A stretch of DNA of 64,000 nt from Antedon mediterranea (GCF_964355755.1 NC_092679.1:16785432-16849431), one strand, 5' to 3'. Positions 25,081 to 38,440 are shown, counted from the stretch's first letter. Numbers and translations: made by a program. Notes: a model not told the origin generated them from the letters alone.

Positions 25081-25236
25081 TTAAAAGGCTTGGTTTCCAC
25101 TAGTAGCATGCAATAGCGTACACGTAACGCACATGGTTTGCTAAAAAACGATGGATCAATCGAACTGTTGCTTGTGATTGGTCAACTTAATTGCAGTGTG
25201 CATTCGTTCTTACGTACCGTCCTATAGGAAGTTTAA

Positions 25237-26237
25237 AGGCCAATTTACATAAAGTTATTACCGTATATTTCGGTGTATAAGTCGCACCTGTGTATAAGAC
25301 GCACCCCTAACTGAGAGTAAAATATCAGTATTTTTTATATCGTCGGTGTATAAGACGCACCTTATATTTCATCAAAACAATGTTTTTTAAAATTGTAATC
25401 AATATTATTGTAATAATATATTTTGTTATATCTGCAACGGCGTCCTTTATTTAGGTTTTTTCTTACCTAGGCTCGGCCGCGCCCAGCCTCAACAGCCGCA
25501 ACATCGAGTGCATGACCATGTGTGTATACACGTACATGTGTGCTAGCCTCGCTCGATCATTTCGAGAGGGCGGACGTTTTCACGGACAATCGTATTCGAT
25601 TAGTATCCATGTATCTAAGAAGTGTATACGCTAGGTCCATGCTATAATCACCTGGATAATATACTAGTCGAATACCGTACACCATGTGGCCGCCAAGAAG
25701 GGCTTGCGCTGGGGGTACGGCGATCGTGCGTATAACTACTGTATAAATAAATACTATTCCAATCGTACGTACGTAAACGTTTACAAATGAAATTTTATCG
25801 CCATAATGAACAAATCTTTCCATCATATTTTTAGTATAACATCATGCTAAAATGCCTTGAAAACTAGGCAGAAGCAGGTTGCCGTTACGTTAGTTAGTTA
25901 CTTTAGCTAGGCCTAGCCTACTCAGGCCTAGCAAACGAGGTGACGATAGCCTAGGCCTATGTACAATCTGTGTGGTGAGGCATTTATGTTCGGTGTATAA
26001 GACGCACCCTTAATTTAGAGGTCAAATTTGCGTGTCAAAAGTGCGACTTATACACCGAAATATACGGTATTGGTAAACATTAAACAAATATATAGAATGT
26101 TATTTCTAATGACCATTTACACAAAACGTGGAGCGGAAGGATATTAAACGGAAACTCCCTCATGATAGATACAGATTCTATGTGAGACATACACGATTTT
26201 ACGCATACCGTTTCCGATTGTCTGTGTAAATTGGCCT
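25237..26237. mobile_element. Harbinger-like MITE interrupted by a Tc2-like MITE
   Basis: TAA|AGGCCAATTTACA...TGTAAATTGGCCT|TAA. Confidence 0.75.
25261..26067. mobile_element. Tc2/pogo-like (Tc1/mariner) MITE
   Basis: Perfect 27-bp TIR CCGTATATTTCGGTGTATAAGTCGCAC; TA TSD; internal GTGTATAAGACGCACC repeats. Confidence 0.9.
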
Positions 26238-28977
26238 TAAAAACATACATTTAAAAAAAAATGATTAGTCTTAATAATAGTTTACTGTAGTTAATAAATC
26301 GTACGATTACTGAAGGTGATATAAAACCAATCCAACTGTGAAATAAAAAGAATAATATGAGGATTGTTTGTAAAGAATTTGGTCAATATTATGACTCACA
26401 CTTAGGAAATATAGTTTAGTTACTGTTTGGTTGATCCCCTTCTTTGTACCTCTCAAACAATAAAGTACATAAGTCACTATATAAAGCTCTGCAAATGGGG
26501 GTTTTATCACTTCTATGCTTAAATGCCTCACAATATAAAGCTTTATTTTCATAACGCTATCAAGAGGCTAGCTAATAAATAGAACACAATTTCATTATAC
26601 ATTACAAGCACTATATTTGATTACATAATGGAAATAGATAAACACCACATAACACCAAATAATAGAGGAATGTATGGGTTGAAGAAATCATGATTCCGTA
26701 TGTTATCTTGTCCCTGTCTTAACAATTCTTGATGATATGAATCTCTTTTTAATGATGTCAAATTGTATTCTTTTTTTATTGTTTTTATTACATTACATTA
26801 ATTCCAACACGTTTGTTATTGTTTATTAATACTGTACAACAGTAAACAATATTGTTCTAAACAATATTGTTGAAACGTTTTTAGTTCATATTTTGAGGCA
26901 ACGATTTATCGCCATGTTTGATAAAAACAATACTAACTATTATCTACAGTTAGTTATCTATTATTAATAAATAGATTATATTTGTCATTCTTTGTGTTGA
27001 TTTAGAAAAGAATTCCAAAATTAACTCCCCATCGTCAATAAATTTCCCTACAATAGCAATGGAATCTTCCATTTGGCAGAAAGCCTCTGGAATGTAAGGT
27101 ATTCCAGATTAGCAAGGTCAGTGGTTTGTTGAGTCAGTGGCTGCTGTCCAACTTCTACCTTCCCTAAAAAATGATGTGGTGGTGGGCTGTCTTACAAAAA
27201 ACAATCGGATCGGAACGGAAGTAGTCAGAACATTATACATTTCTATGGATTGTTACATGTGGATAATAGATTATTGCTAAGAACTAAAGGTATCAAGGAA
27301 TAAAGCTGGTTACACTGGGAATTAATACTTTTTAAACTTGTTAGTTATTTGTTGGATATAATTTTAAATACTTGGGTGTGACATGTTGGCTTGCTTAGCC
27401 AAGTGCTATGGATTTAATAACAGTGGGATTCCTATTCACTTGTAATATAAGCTGTAACGACTGAGCTATAAATTCGTTCGTCCATGTTGTCTGTTGATAC
27501 ACAGCAGTGGAGTGGAGGTATTTCTTCTTTATAATTGCTATATTTAATTCTTAAAAACGTTGATTTTCTTTCACTTTCAATTTCATAAAAAAAAAATATT
27601 GTTATGTACATTTCATTTAGCATTGTTGCCATGTGGCTATTGACTACTTTAATATCTGTACAGACCATTATTATATAAAAAAATGTCTGTTGCTTTCAAA
27701 AGTCTAATTTTATCTTTAAAATAGTTATTTCCTTTTTAGTAAATATTATCTTAATTGTTGAATTTAGTTTTTTTTTGTAACTACAAAAGTTACCATGTCT
27801 ATAATTAGTTTTTTTGTTGTTGCATCACAAAATGACTTTATAATATTCATCATGTTTTATATTAACCAAATTTTAAAGTTAATTAATAATTTTAAATTAT
27901 GGTACTGTACATTGTTTGTCAATTATAATTCTATTTATAAAAATTATATTTTCCAATTCTAACTACCGTAAATCTGACAATGTTCTTTGTTTTTTGCACT
28001 TGTGAAACTTTTTCCAAACTTTTTTGGATATCAAGTTAATCTGAATTTAGTAAAACACTTAAGTTTGCACCCTCACCCCATCCACCTTTGTACAATACTT
28101 CAAACCACTGTATGGTATGTCTATCTGAGATATTAAATAGTGAAGATAAAACTACAGAAGATTATACTGTATGTACAGTACTACTGTAGGTTCACAGTCA
28201 GAGGAAAAATGGCAAAAGACTTCCTACTTTCTACGATTTTTATCAGTTAATCTATATCATGATATTGTTTTGACAACTCTTGTAAAATGACCACAGTGCT
28301 GATTTTGCCATTTTTTATTCTGTTCATTTCATCTGTTATTAACTATATTTCATTTCTTTTACAATTAATGACACTGGATAAATACGTAAAACACATACAA
28401 ACAAACATAAATATTGAAGCTGGGATACATTTAAAATTAAATTTTTTTTAATGAAAAAACAGAATTACAGAATGTCTAGTTTTCAACTCCCTGGTTTGAC
28501 CTTGTCAGCCATGTTTAGGTCAACTATGGAGGAATTTTGTTTATGGTCAGCTGTCAGCTACAGGAATCTTATAATAACCTTGATCTATGTTGGGTTGTCT
28601 TGCCCTTGGACTGATTTTACTGTTTGTACCAAAGTTGACAAGAACACAAGTTTTACTGTCAACAGTATCCACCTGGGCAGGGTCACACACCTCCTGAAAC
28701 TGTTGAGTTTATTTCAATAATTTATTGTTTATACTTCCTGGAAAGAGAAAGTTATGGACATTTTAATAACAGATTTATTTTCAAAACTAATATTAAAATA
28801 TATATATTATAAAATATATACCATATTAAAGTAGTACATTCTTCCCCAGGGTCAGTATGGTTATTACAGTAAGTGGTATAGTAATATTACAGTACGCCAA
28901 GTATTCATATTATTTGGGTTGGGGAGATTGTCTTAATACTTTTTAAACCTCAAAATTATTTTTATGTTTCATAACTG

Positions 28978-30609
28978 CAGGCCCCGAATTTTACCGCGGC
29001 CACCGCGGCCAGTGCCGTCGGTGCCCTCCCAGTTGGCCTCAATGCCCTCGAAAATTAATAGCACCCACGGCCACTACTGGCCTGCCCTTTTTTTTGCGTT
29101 GGCCGTGAGTGCCCTTCCCGAGTTTTACCACAATAAAAACCACTGAAGTAGATAGAAAATAATGTCAAGAATATCGGACGAGACGCAAAACTATCGCCTG
29201 TCTTCGTTGCAAAGGGGATTTCCCTAAAAAACGCATTTACTTAGAGAAAACATCGAACATATTTATATAACCAAAACAATATCGTCCCGGCCGCCGTGCG
29301 TGGTAAATAATGGTATAGATAGTACATTAAAATACAGTGGTGTACACTTTTAATAATAAAGCTAAAAACGTTCCTCGATCGGAGGTCACTGAAAGTATTA
29401 AAGTCGCACCACCCCCGCCTCAACAATCGAGCTAGCCGCCTTCGTTGAAAAAAAAATTACACACTCCTAGCCTAGCCTATCCTCCCGCCGCCGCCGCCGA
29501 ACCGATCAAGCACACGCGATTCAATACATTGGGAAAACAATTCCATTTGACGCACACGCACCCTCTGATAAGAAATTTCACACGAAGAGGATCGGTCGTT
29601 GGAAAAACAATTCCTTTTGACGTACACGCACCCTCTGATATGAAAATACCATGTGCGTTCCTGCATGGTGTAGTCCATTCCATTATACGTGTAAAATTAG
29701 GGGTGTCAACTTTTAGTACTAAAGTTAAACCGGTACCTCAACCCGAAGATCGTTGGAAGTATATTATATTTATATTTTATCGCACCCACCTCAATAATCC
29801 AGCCGACAGATCATCGAAAAATCTTGTTTAGCGACGTCGTACACTAAATTAACAAACGCGTTTTTACCGAACTCAAGGAAATGGTATAGTCCACAATACA
29901 CGTGCAGAAGCCTAAACAGAGAGAGGGGTCGGCGTCCGTCCGTGTTTTGAATTCTTATGAATATGGATTATACTAACAAAAAAGCTTCAGAAATCGAAAC
30001 TCGGAAAATAACAATAATTTATATTCTACAACATAATGTCATTGGCTTGATTTTTAGCGTGGTTAACACTCTGTGTATGAATAGTTGAAGGCCTACAAAC
30101 AAATTGTTTTTGTAACCTGTGTTCTCCGTCCGCTGCGCCTTTATAGTGTAGGGTCTTTACCTGTTAGGCCTGGCTTCACATGCCTTTTTTTTATCGCATT
30201 GTTTGAAACTAAACGAAACAACTGTGAACGCTAAACATCGTACCTTAATAATTATTATTTATATGGATCGTAAATACACTACATCTTTTTGTATTTCATT
30301 ATATATAAATATTACAGTCCTCTCCTACTACTACTACGCAATCTGATGAATAGGGGAAATTCACCCAAAAATGTTTGCGGGTAGAATTTTTTTTTTTTGA
30401 AAAAAATTCCACCCGGGCGCTCAACCGGAAACAAGCTATTTTTTAATTTTGGCCTAGTTATTAAAATATTTTTTAATTTTGGCCTTGGTGCCCCTTCGAT
30501 TTAAAACAAATGGCCTTGGTGCCCTCCCATTTGGCCTTGGTGCCCCTCAAATCAACGAAAACCGGAGGCCAAATGGCCTTGCCCCTAAAATCCCCAAATT
30601 CGAGGCCTG
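28978..30609. mobile_element. hAT-like non-autonomous element
   Basis: CAGGCCCCGAATTT...AAATTCGAGGCCTG termini; GGCC/TGCCC subterminal repeats; 6-bp flanking direct repeat TAACTG. Confidence 0.75.
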
Positions 30610-31112
30610 TAACTGGTTATGACTTGAAACATTAAGAAGGCATAGTATTATTGGACACTGTTTTTTTTGTATAAAATAAGATAATATCACACAGTATTCT
30701 TCCCCATGGTCAATTAGTTATACTTAAAATACTGTAGTTTGTGGTATGGTACAGTAATTTTATGCCAAATATTCATATTAATTGAAATTAATTGAATTGT
30801 CCCAACACTTTTCAAGCCTCAACATTATTATGTTTATCAAATCTAGTGTTTAACTTGTTTTGAATTAAAGCCTTTTAAGTATTGCACACTGTTTTTGTTT
30901 GAGTTTACAATTGTTTTTAAACAGATGTGGTTTTTACCTGAATGAAATATGAACATGCTTTTGAATAACTGTAGTGGTTTTTATTGATGATAATTTTAGT
31001 GATCAGATTGATTATATAAATCAAATACTTCCTGAATCAGAAAGCTATTGTAATACCAATTATTTCCGGTCTGTTTACTCATAGAGATAATATCTCTATG
31101 GTTCAATGTATA

Positions 31113-32680
31113 GGGCCTGTTTCTGCTGCATAAAAATAACCGGTTAAAATCGGTGTGAATAAATTAAAATCGGTGTGAATAAATTAACTCCATTTTCTTG
31201 GCAGCAGAAACAGGACAAATTTGTGGTAACCGGTTAAAAGGCAGCGCAAAATAACCGGTTAAAAACACCAATTTAAATCGGTGTTAGAACGCCGTTTAAC
31301 CGGTTATCGCTGGGCAATTCTTAGCTGCAACACGAAATAACGGTTATTTGATTGACAGTTGTGACCCCGGGTCAGATACCGTCGCATACGGTGTGTGTTT
31401 TCCTCGTGGTTTTGACAGTCGAACGAAGAAGTGAACATGTATGTGGATGAATGAAATCACAAGATATGTTATTCAGTTGTGGAGGGAGAGAAAGTACGGG
31501 GAAGGATGGCAGGCAATAGAAAAGAATCACAGATAATAAATAAGAGCATTTTTGCAAAAGTAAAAGAGGAATTTGGGGTGGAGTTCCGGGGACTACCCAA
31601 GCTAAGCAATTTGAGGCGTTAGTACACGCTCGCGAAGGGTATGGATGGTCCTATATTAACACCAAAACGGAAACAAAAGGGACTCAAAATGTTGCAAATA
31701 CCTACCAAACGATAGTAGATAATGGTTAATTAATTATGAAAACCCAAATTTTATAGCAAAAATCATCCGAATTTATGTTATAAACGATGAATTTAGCAAC
31801 AAAAACTTAATCCAAACGAGCGTATTTATGGCACGCCCTTAGTGCCTTTAATAGGAGAACAATGAACAATCTTAATTTGATCGTTTTATAAAATTTTTTT
31901 AGAAAAACATAGAAATGTGTTATTATTTATGTTAGTACATAATATTATGCGAAACAATGTTTAATACTCATTATTCTATTAAAGGCACTATGTGCGTGCG
32001 ATGTTCTATGACTTGGATACTCTCGTTTGATTTAAGTTTTTGTGGCTAAACTCGTCGTTTTTAACGCAAATTCGGATGATTTTTGCTATAAAAGTTAGGG
32101 TTTCATGAATCATAATTAATTAACAATTATCTACTCTCGTTTGGTAGGTATTGCAACATTCTAAGTCTCGTTTTTGTTTCCGTTTGGTTTTTTGTAGGAC
32201 CGCGCCCGCGAAAGACAACAGTCGTTCCACGTGGTAAGGGCCGTATCATCATCGCCTTTGTTGATGAATTTTAGGCTAGATAAAAATTATCCTAGGCGAT
32301 CGGGCGCTGCACGACCCTCCCCATGTTATTGAAGGCGCCATGAGAATTAATTTTATTAGCGATCAGTAAGTAGGCTTTACAAAAAACAAAACTTGTAGAC
32401 CTGTAGACAACATTTTATTATTTTAACATGTTTGAGATGTTCGGCGATATACACACGTGTGTACTGACGACGTCGATGTAAACAAACAGCCAACTTACTA
32501 CTTCCGTCTGAGTGTATTGCATTTTGGGTAATGATGACGTTTTGCTCGACGACCACCCATAGATTTAACCGGTTATTTCGGAGCACAAATTGAGCAGAAA
32601 CGCGGTCTTGTTATTGTTATCTATTTTTAATCTATTTTAAAATAACCGGTTAAATTGCGTTATGCAGCAGAAACAGACCC
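31113..32680. mobile_element. PIF/Harbinger-like element with internal foldback
   Basis: ATA|GGGCCTGTTTCTGCTGCATAA...TTATGCAGCAGAAACAGACCC|ATA; TAACCGGTTA sub-repeats. Confidence 0.8.
31647..32200. repeat. Long imperfect inverted repeat (foldback element, ~230-bp arms)
   Basis: 31647-31870 is the reverse complement of 31965-32200 (e.g. TACCTACCAAACGA / TCGTTTGGTAGGTA). Confidence 0.8.
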
Positions 32681-33418
32681 ATAGTCAACTCCCCAAACTC
32701 TCCAGGCTAACTTCACACCATGGACCTATAAATTAGATAGGTCCGTGTTCACACTAAGACTATGACGGTATTAGTTTACGATGCTGATAGCATGGTCAAA
32801 TTGGGAACCACAGAAAAAATCCAACTTCTTCAGACACAAATTTAGAAGCTTTATTTATTAATCATGGAAATTTCACTTCCTGTTACTTAGTGTTAATGGG
32901 GGACCGTGTTTCCTGCAGAAAAAAATTAACTGATAAAAAGTAACCGATAATAAAATTCCTGTGGCAATGCCACGCAAGAAAAATTAACCAATAATTATTT
33001 CATTCAAATGAGATAATTTTCTGATTAATGCGATTTTTAAAGGAAGGAAGAAAAATTGTTGCGTTGTGATTGGGCACATGGTTGTTTGGTAATTCTGATC
33101 ATGGGCACTTAATTTTTTTTATTAATTATGTGATTAGTTAAAAAATGTTGTTATGGCCTACGGCCTACTGTAAGTTATGTTACATCATAAAAAAGATTCT
33201 GATTGGATAGAATGTTAAAATTCTTAGACACTGTACTATACATGCATCTTATGCCACATTTTTCAGAAACACTGACGGTACAAACAAAAGTTTTAGTGTC
33301 GTATGTTAATAAACCAACTAACTGTGTGAACACTCTAAGGGGACATAAGCTACACCAGACTTAAAATTAAAAAGTCCGTCTGTATTCAATACTAATTGTT
33401 TTTTTTTTTTTATTACAG

Positions 33419-34047
33419 GGGGTTCGCTTGGGCAGAATAACGTTCACGAAGCCTACGTCATTGCAGTAGACACTAATGCAAAAGAGAAGCTAGCTAAACT
33501 TACTGCACAAAAGAATGTGACGACCATAGATATGGCCACCATGCCACCTTTACAGCCAGCCAAAGAGAATGGTTTAAATGAACAGACTACCTACAGTTCT
33601 TCCAACTCCCCAGACTCTACAGCAAGAGCAAATGTGTCAATCTCAGACAAAGGTGCGTACGCACCATTACTAAGTAAAAACTCTCAAGGTACAACAGATA
33701 ATGTTGAACTACACACGTTAAACGGCCATCATTCAAATAAATCGGACAATAATTTTGGCTTTGTCAATGCTGCATTCGAAGATGAGCTAATAAACGGACA
33801 CGATGAACCGGTTGTGGTTACAATGCGCACAAAGACGCAAAAAACGCAACAGAAAAATGATAACACGCAGCAGAAGGATTACCATTCTGCTGATACTATC
33901 CCAAAGGGAGCGTTCAGGGAGATGGCAGTAGACTGCCCGGCAGATTTTGTCGCTGCGAGTGGTATGAAAAACCCACCAGAATCAGCAACACAAGTTCCAA
34001 ATGGGGCTTTACCACAGAACGGACATGATGTATCAACCAAGTATAAG
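33419..34047 (+). CDS. MPP5: MAGUK exon 5 with Par6-binding ECR1 motif
   Basis: Poly-T ACAG acceptor, 629-nt open exon; FREMAVDCPADFV (REMAVDCP at 33916-33939) matches PALS1/Stardust HREMAVDCP. Confidence 0.92.
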
Positions 34048-34362
34048 GTAGGAGATTTCAAAATAATTGAGCTACTTGAATTACTGTAATGTTCTTACTT
34101 CATCTTTAAATTATTTACTTAATTTCCAGACTGTTCAATTCATAAATGTAGTCGCCTGGTCCTCTGTCTATGATGTTTTTTTTTGGCCAGTGGTATTCCA
34201 GAGTCGGCCATATTTTTTCGCAATTCGGAAGTAACTTTTATTTATGTATATTTTTTTTAATCCAAAGGCAGGTTACTGAAAAAATGACAATGCGTTAGAG
34301 ATACAAAATAATTTTAGGCAAAAAGCTATATCAAAACGATAAAGCAAAAAAGCTAGAAAAAT

Positions 34363-34403
34363 TTGCAGAGCTTTCGAGCAACACTAGCCCTTCATCATTG
34401 CAA
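34363..34403 (-). ncRNA. Degenerate minimal type I hammerhead-like motif in a Penelope-type terminal remnant
   Basis: UUGCA-AUGAUGA-A-GGGC..GCUC-GAAA-GC-UC-UGCAA; stems I and II pair; core has A instead of the C of CUGAUGA. Confidence 0.5.
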
Positions 34404-34560
34404 GTGAGAGTTACTTACACAAAATGGAGAATATTATACTGTAAAGCAGTGAAGCACATATATTTTTCATATAAATTTATATTTGTCTTATCGTGTTCTT
34501 CTATTTTTATTTGTTGTTATATTTACATTTTATCATTGTAAATGCTCTTTGTACACAGTA

Positions 34561-34846
34561 TAGTAGTTCACAATTTTTATATTTTTACATTGTAAATACA
34601 AGACGTTTAGCCCTTTGGTGGTATTTTTATACCTGAATAAAATTGTAAAAAAATATATAAAAATATTTTATGTGAAATATTATTTTTAGAACACAAACAA
34701 TAGTAGTTTACAATTTTTATATTTTTACATTGTAAATACAATACGTTTAGCCCTTTGGTTGTATTTTTATACCTGAATAAAATTGTAAAAAAATATATAA
34801 AAATATTTTATGTGAAATATTATATTTAGAACACAAACAACAGTAG
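34561..34846. repeat. 140-bp near-identical tandem duplication spanning a splice acceptor
   Basis: 34561-34700 is repeated at 34701-34840. Confidence 0.92.
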
Positions 34847-34947
34847 CAAAATAAACCCATCGGTTAGTGACAAAACACAAACACAACAGAATCCAAGTAT
34901 GAAATACCAAGTTGAAGAAACGCCCCCTGAGCCACCAAAAACAATTG
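34830..34947 (+). CDS. MPP5: MAGUK exon 6 (linker)
   Basis: NTNNSSKINPSVSDK...EETPPEPPKTI; phase 0 in, phase 1 out, as needed to join exons 5 and 7; GTAAGT donor. Confidence 0.8.
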
Positions 34948-36160
34948 GTAAGTAAACAATATTGATTGTGTTTAAAAATAAAAAATAATGAATTACAAAA
35001 TCAAAATTTCTTTTAAAGAACATGAAGTTTTAATATCAAAATTGCTACCAACCATATTCTATGTTAATTTTGCCATCTGATTTTTAAAAAAAAAAGAAGT
35101 TTTTTAATGTAGAATTTAAAAAAAAAAGATATTGCCTGTTTAAAGGTGTAATATAAGAAATCTTTGAGGGAACTATATTTTTCTTGAGAAAAACATTTTT
35201 GATCCTCAAAGCGGTAGTCACCTGATGCCATTTCAGCCAATCACGTTTTTTAATTTAAATTTTGTTGAGTAGTTTTTAGTTTATTTATTTATTTTTTTAA
35301 CAAGGAAATCAAATTTAAAAGTTTATTAGTGTAAATTACATTAATTATTTCATTAAAGATGTTTTACATAACTGATGTTAAAATTGTACTATGTGTACCT
35401 CCCCAGTACATTGAGAACACCACAATGTGCATGTTATTCCCAGGTGGGACTCAAACCAATGTCCTCCAGAACACTAGCCTGGCGCTCTGACCAAGCAATT
35501 TTAATGCTTTATTTTACAATTTATCGTAAATACTTATCAGTTATTACCAGCTTTTGTACAGTTTTTATTAACATGAAAGAATAATATAAACAATTGAATA
35601 GTGTGATTTGAACTAAAGGAATTAGTTTACATGCACTTGACCTTTGACTTTAGGGTTGTAAATTACTTGTGAAGACTTGATTGCAATTAGATTCACCAGG
35701 TATGTTGTGAGTCACCAAAAGGGCAACTTAATAAACTACAATGTACTGTATACAATCATGTTAACAAGATGTTGTTATCACATTGTAAATAATATTCACA
35801 CATCAACTATAAGCAGAGGCGTGCATTGTATAGTATATGGAGGCGAATGGGTTACCCAATCTAAATTCTTTCCACCCAGAGGTTTTTATTTTTCTACCAC
35901 CCACCATAAAAAAATTGGGTTAATAATTCTCATAGCTTGTTTTAGCAAAACCACAGCCGAACCCCCGATATCTGCCCACCCACACACACACACCAACAAA
36001 ATATTTTAAAATGCTGGTGCAAAAGATATGACATTTAATGGACATTAGTTTAAGTTCATCATTTTGACATCTGCCCTCTTCTCCTATTTTAAAATCCTAA
36101 TGTAGATCCGCCATTGATTCATATACTGTATATGTTTTTTTCCCTTATGTCTCATGATAG

Positions 36161-36444
36161 GTTTAGAAGATTTGATGCAAACATTAGAAAAAGTTCAAAA
36201 GAAGCTAACCAGTATTGAAGACCAGAAGCATGTCAGCTTTCTGCAAGACCTCTTCACAACCAAACATGTACAAGATTCTGTCACGACTCATAACAAGATG
36301 ATGGAGGTTGTAAGGTCAGGCAATCGTGACCCGTTGGTTGACCATTCGGTGGTGTTGTTGGAAGATGTCCGTGAAGTTTTACAGACCAACGATAGCAAGG
36401 AAGCAGATGAACTGAGGTGGTTATTTGATAGTGTGAACATGAAG
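36161..36444 (+). CDS. MPP5: MAGUK exon 7, L27N and L27 domains
   Basis: GLEDLMQTLEKVQKKL...SFLQDLF...KEADELRWLF; GTAAGA donor. Confidence 0.92.
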
Positions 36445-37609
36445 GTAAGAGTTCTTTCATGTTTTTTCTAAAACCTTCTTCACAATGAACTTGAACAAGG
36501 AAAAATGTCATCATAATTGACCGATGTTTGCACTTGAATTGATATTTATTAGTTTTACCATGGGTTTACCAATATATGGCAATGTCATTGGAGTTTTTAT
36601 AGCATTGTTTTTTTTCCAAGACCATGTTAAGTTCTACTGGGCAGGCAGTGGTTGTTAAAATTAACATTGTGCTTGGTCAATTTAACCTTAAGGGAATATG
36701 TAGCCAACAATCGAATTAGATCTTTTTGGTTAATTTACCCGACAACTTGGTTAATTTCAAGTAAGTCCTGTGCGATCAAGGCCTAATTCTCCCAATACCA
36801 GACACCTTTGGGCTGGCCTAATATGTCTGGTTTTCTGTAAAGTCTGATATTCGGAATGTATTTCTAATAGTAAAAATCAATTTGGGACCTTTTGCTCCTA
36901 AAGAAAAGTTTGGGACAATGTTCAGCAAGTTCGATATTGAGTCGACTGTATATATTTACCTATTAAGACTATACTAAATTCTCAGAGCTAACAATATCTT
37001 ACATTAATTTTAAAATGATTTTCAGGTTTCTAGCCTAGTCAGTAACACACCAAAATTAAGTTGTAAAATAGTAGGCCTGGTTTTCTCCTAATGTTGATAG
37101 TAATTAGCTTGGATTGACTAAGATGAGTGGAATTTGTACAGACGCCACTTTGTATTAAAAACACATAAAGCACACGCTAAAGTATAAGCCATAGCCATGA
37201 AGACATTTGTGCTGGATATAGTATACAGTACTGTACAGTATACCAATACCAAGTTGTTTGACATTTATGCTTGACCTATCACAGGCTTAACAATCCATGC
37301 ATTTAATGCATCATAACCCTGGGAATTTATTGTGCTTTCATCTACTGTGTGTGGTATCAGATGACATCATCATGCTTTATTTTGTCAGTATTCTTTATTA
37401 ATATTATATACTATTCTACACTGTACCACCTGCAAAGAGAGTGTTTTAGTTTGGTTTCCATAATTGTCATTTCATTGTTATTATTATAATAACTTTGTAG
37501 ATAAGAGACAATTCTCATTTTCCAAAAAACTATGGGATTTGAATGATTTGTTTCTCCAGATATTTTAGTCTATTTGATCTATTTAATTTTGATTTAAACA
37601 TATTTTACC

Positions 37610-37830
37610 AGCCCACATATCATTTTACTAGTACAAATGTGCATTTATTTAATAGTCCAAATACCACTTTACTAGTCCAAATGCCACTTAAATGCCCAAC
37701 TGTCACCTGACTGCCGAAATACCGCTTGACTACTGTAGCCCACATACCATTTCACTAGCCTAAATACCATTTCACTAGCTCAAATGCCATTTCATTAGCC
37801 CAAATGCAATTTTTTTAGCCCACATACCAT
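37610..37830. repeat. ~20-bp minisatellite
   Basis: AGCCCA(C/A)ATACCATTT(C/T)ACT units. Confidence 0.75.
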
Positions 37831-37995
37831 TATACGCTGTACACTCATAAACTTATTAGTACTATACTATCTTTCATATTCATTGTACTGTATGATAATA
37901 TTAATAATATATAAGTTTTATCAAAATCAATCTATTTTAGATTTCCTTCTTTGTATAATGTAATACATAGAGTAAGATAAATAATTTTGTTTCAG

Positions 37996-38139
37996 TGCGT
38001 TCTCAAAGCTCATGATGACATTGCTGAAGAAGAACTCATGAATCAGATGTTGGCCGAGGAAGATGATCTAGAAAGACAATCGATGGTCACGGAAGATTCT
38101 GTCAAAATTGTCCGCATTGATAAAAGTGAAGAACCATTG
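37996..38139 (+). CDS. MPP5: MAGUK exon 8, L27 end and PDZ start
   Basis: CVLKAHDDIAEE...DSVKIVRIDKSEEPL. Confidence 0.93.
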
Positions 38140-38169
38140 GTAATAATGCTATATGATTATTTGTTATTA

Positions 38170-38440
38170 TTTATTTATGTTGCGCAACCTCTTCAGTCAA
38201 AGACTGGTCTCCCAGATGGCCCCGTTATGATCAGTGGATGTGATGTACTAGTACACCGGGGTAACCCCCTACTCGTCTCAAAAGATGTACTACTAGGTTC
38301 TTTAAAGTGCACATGAGCTAGATGTGTACACTGGACCTACCCTTAAGCCTTTATAGTAGTTATCCGAGATGAATCATTCTAATACCAGAACCATGGAGCG
38401 ACTGAGCCTCGAACCCTTACCGATGTTATGGCCACTCACT
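38170..38440 (-). mobile_element. SINE with Deu/Nin-like core, different 3' tail
   Basis: Head and core match 22090-22280 in reverse orientation. Confidence 0.7.
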
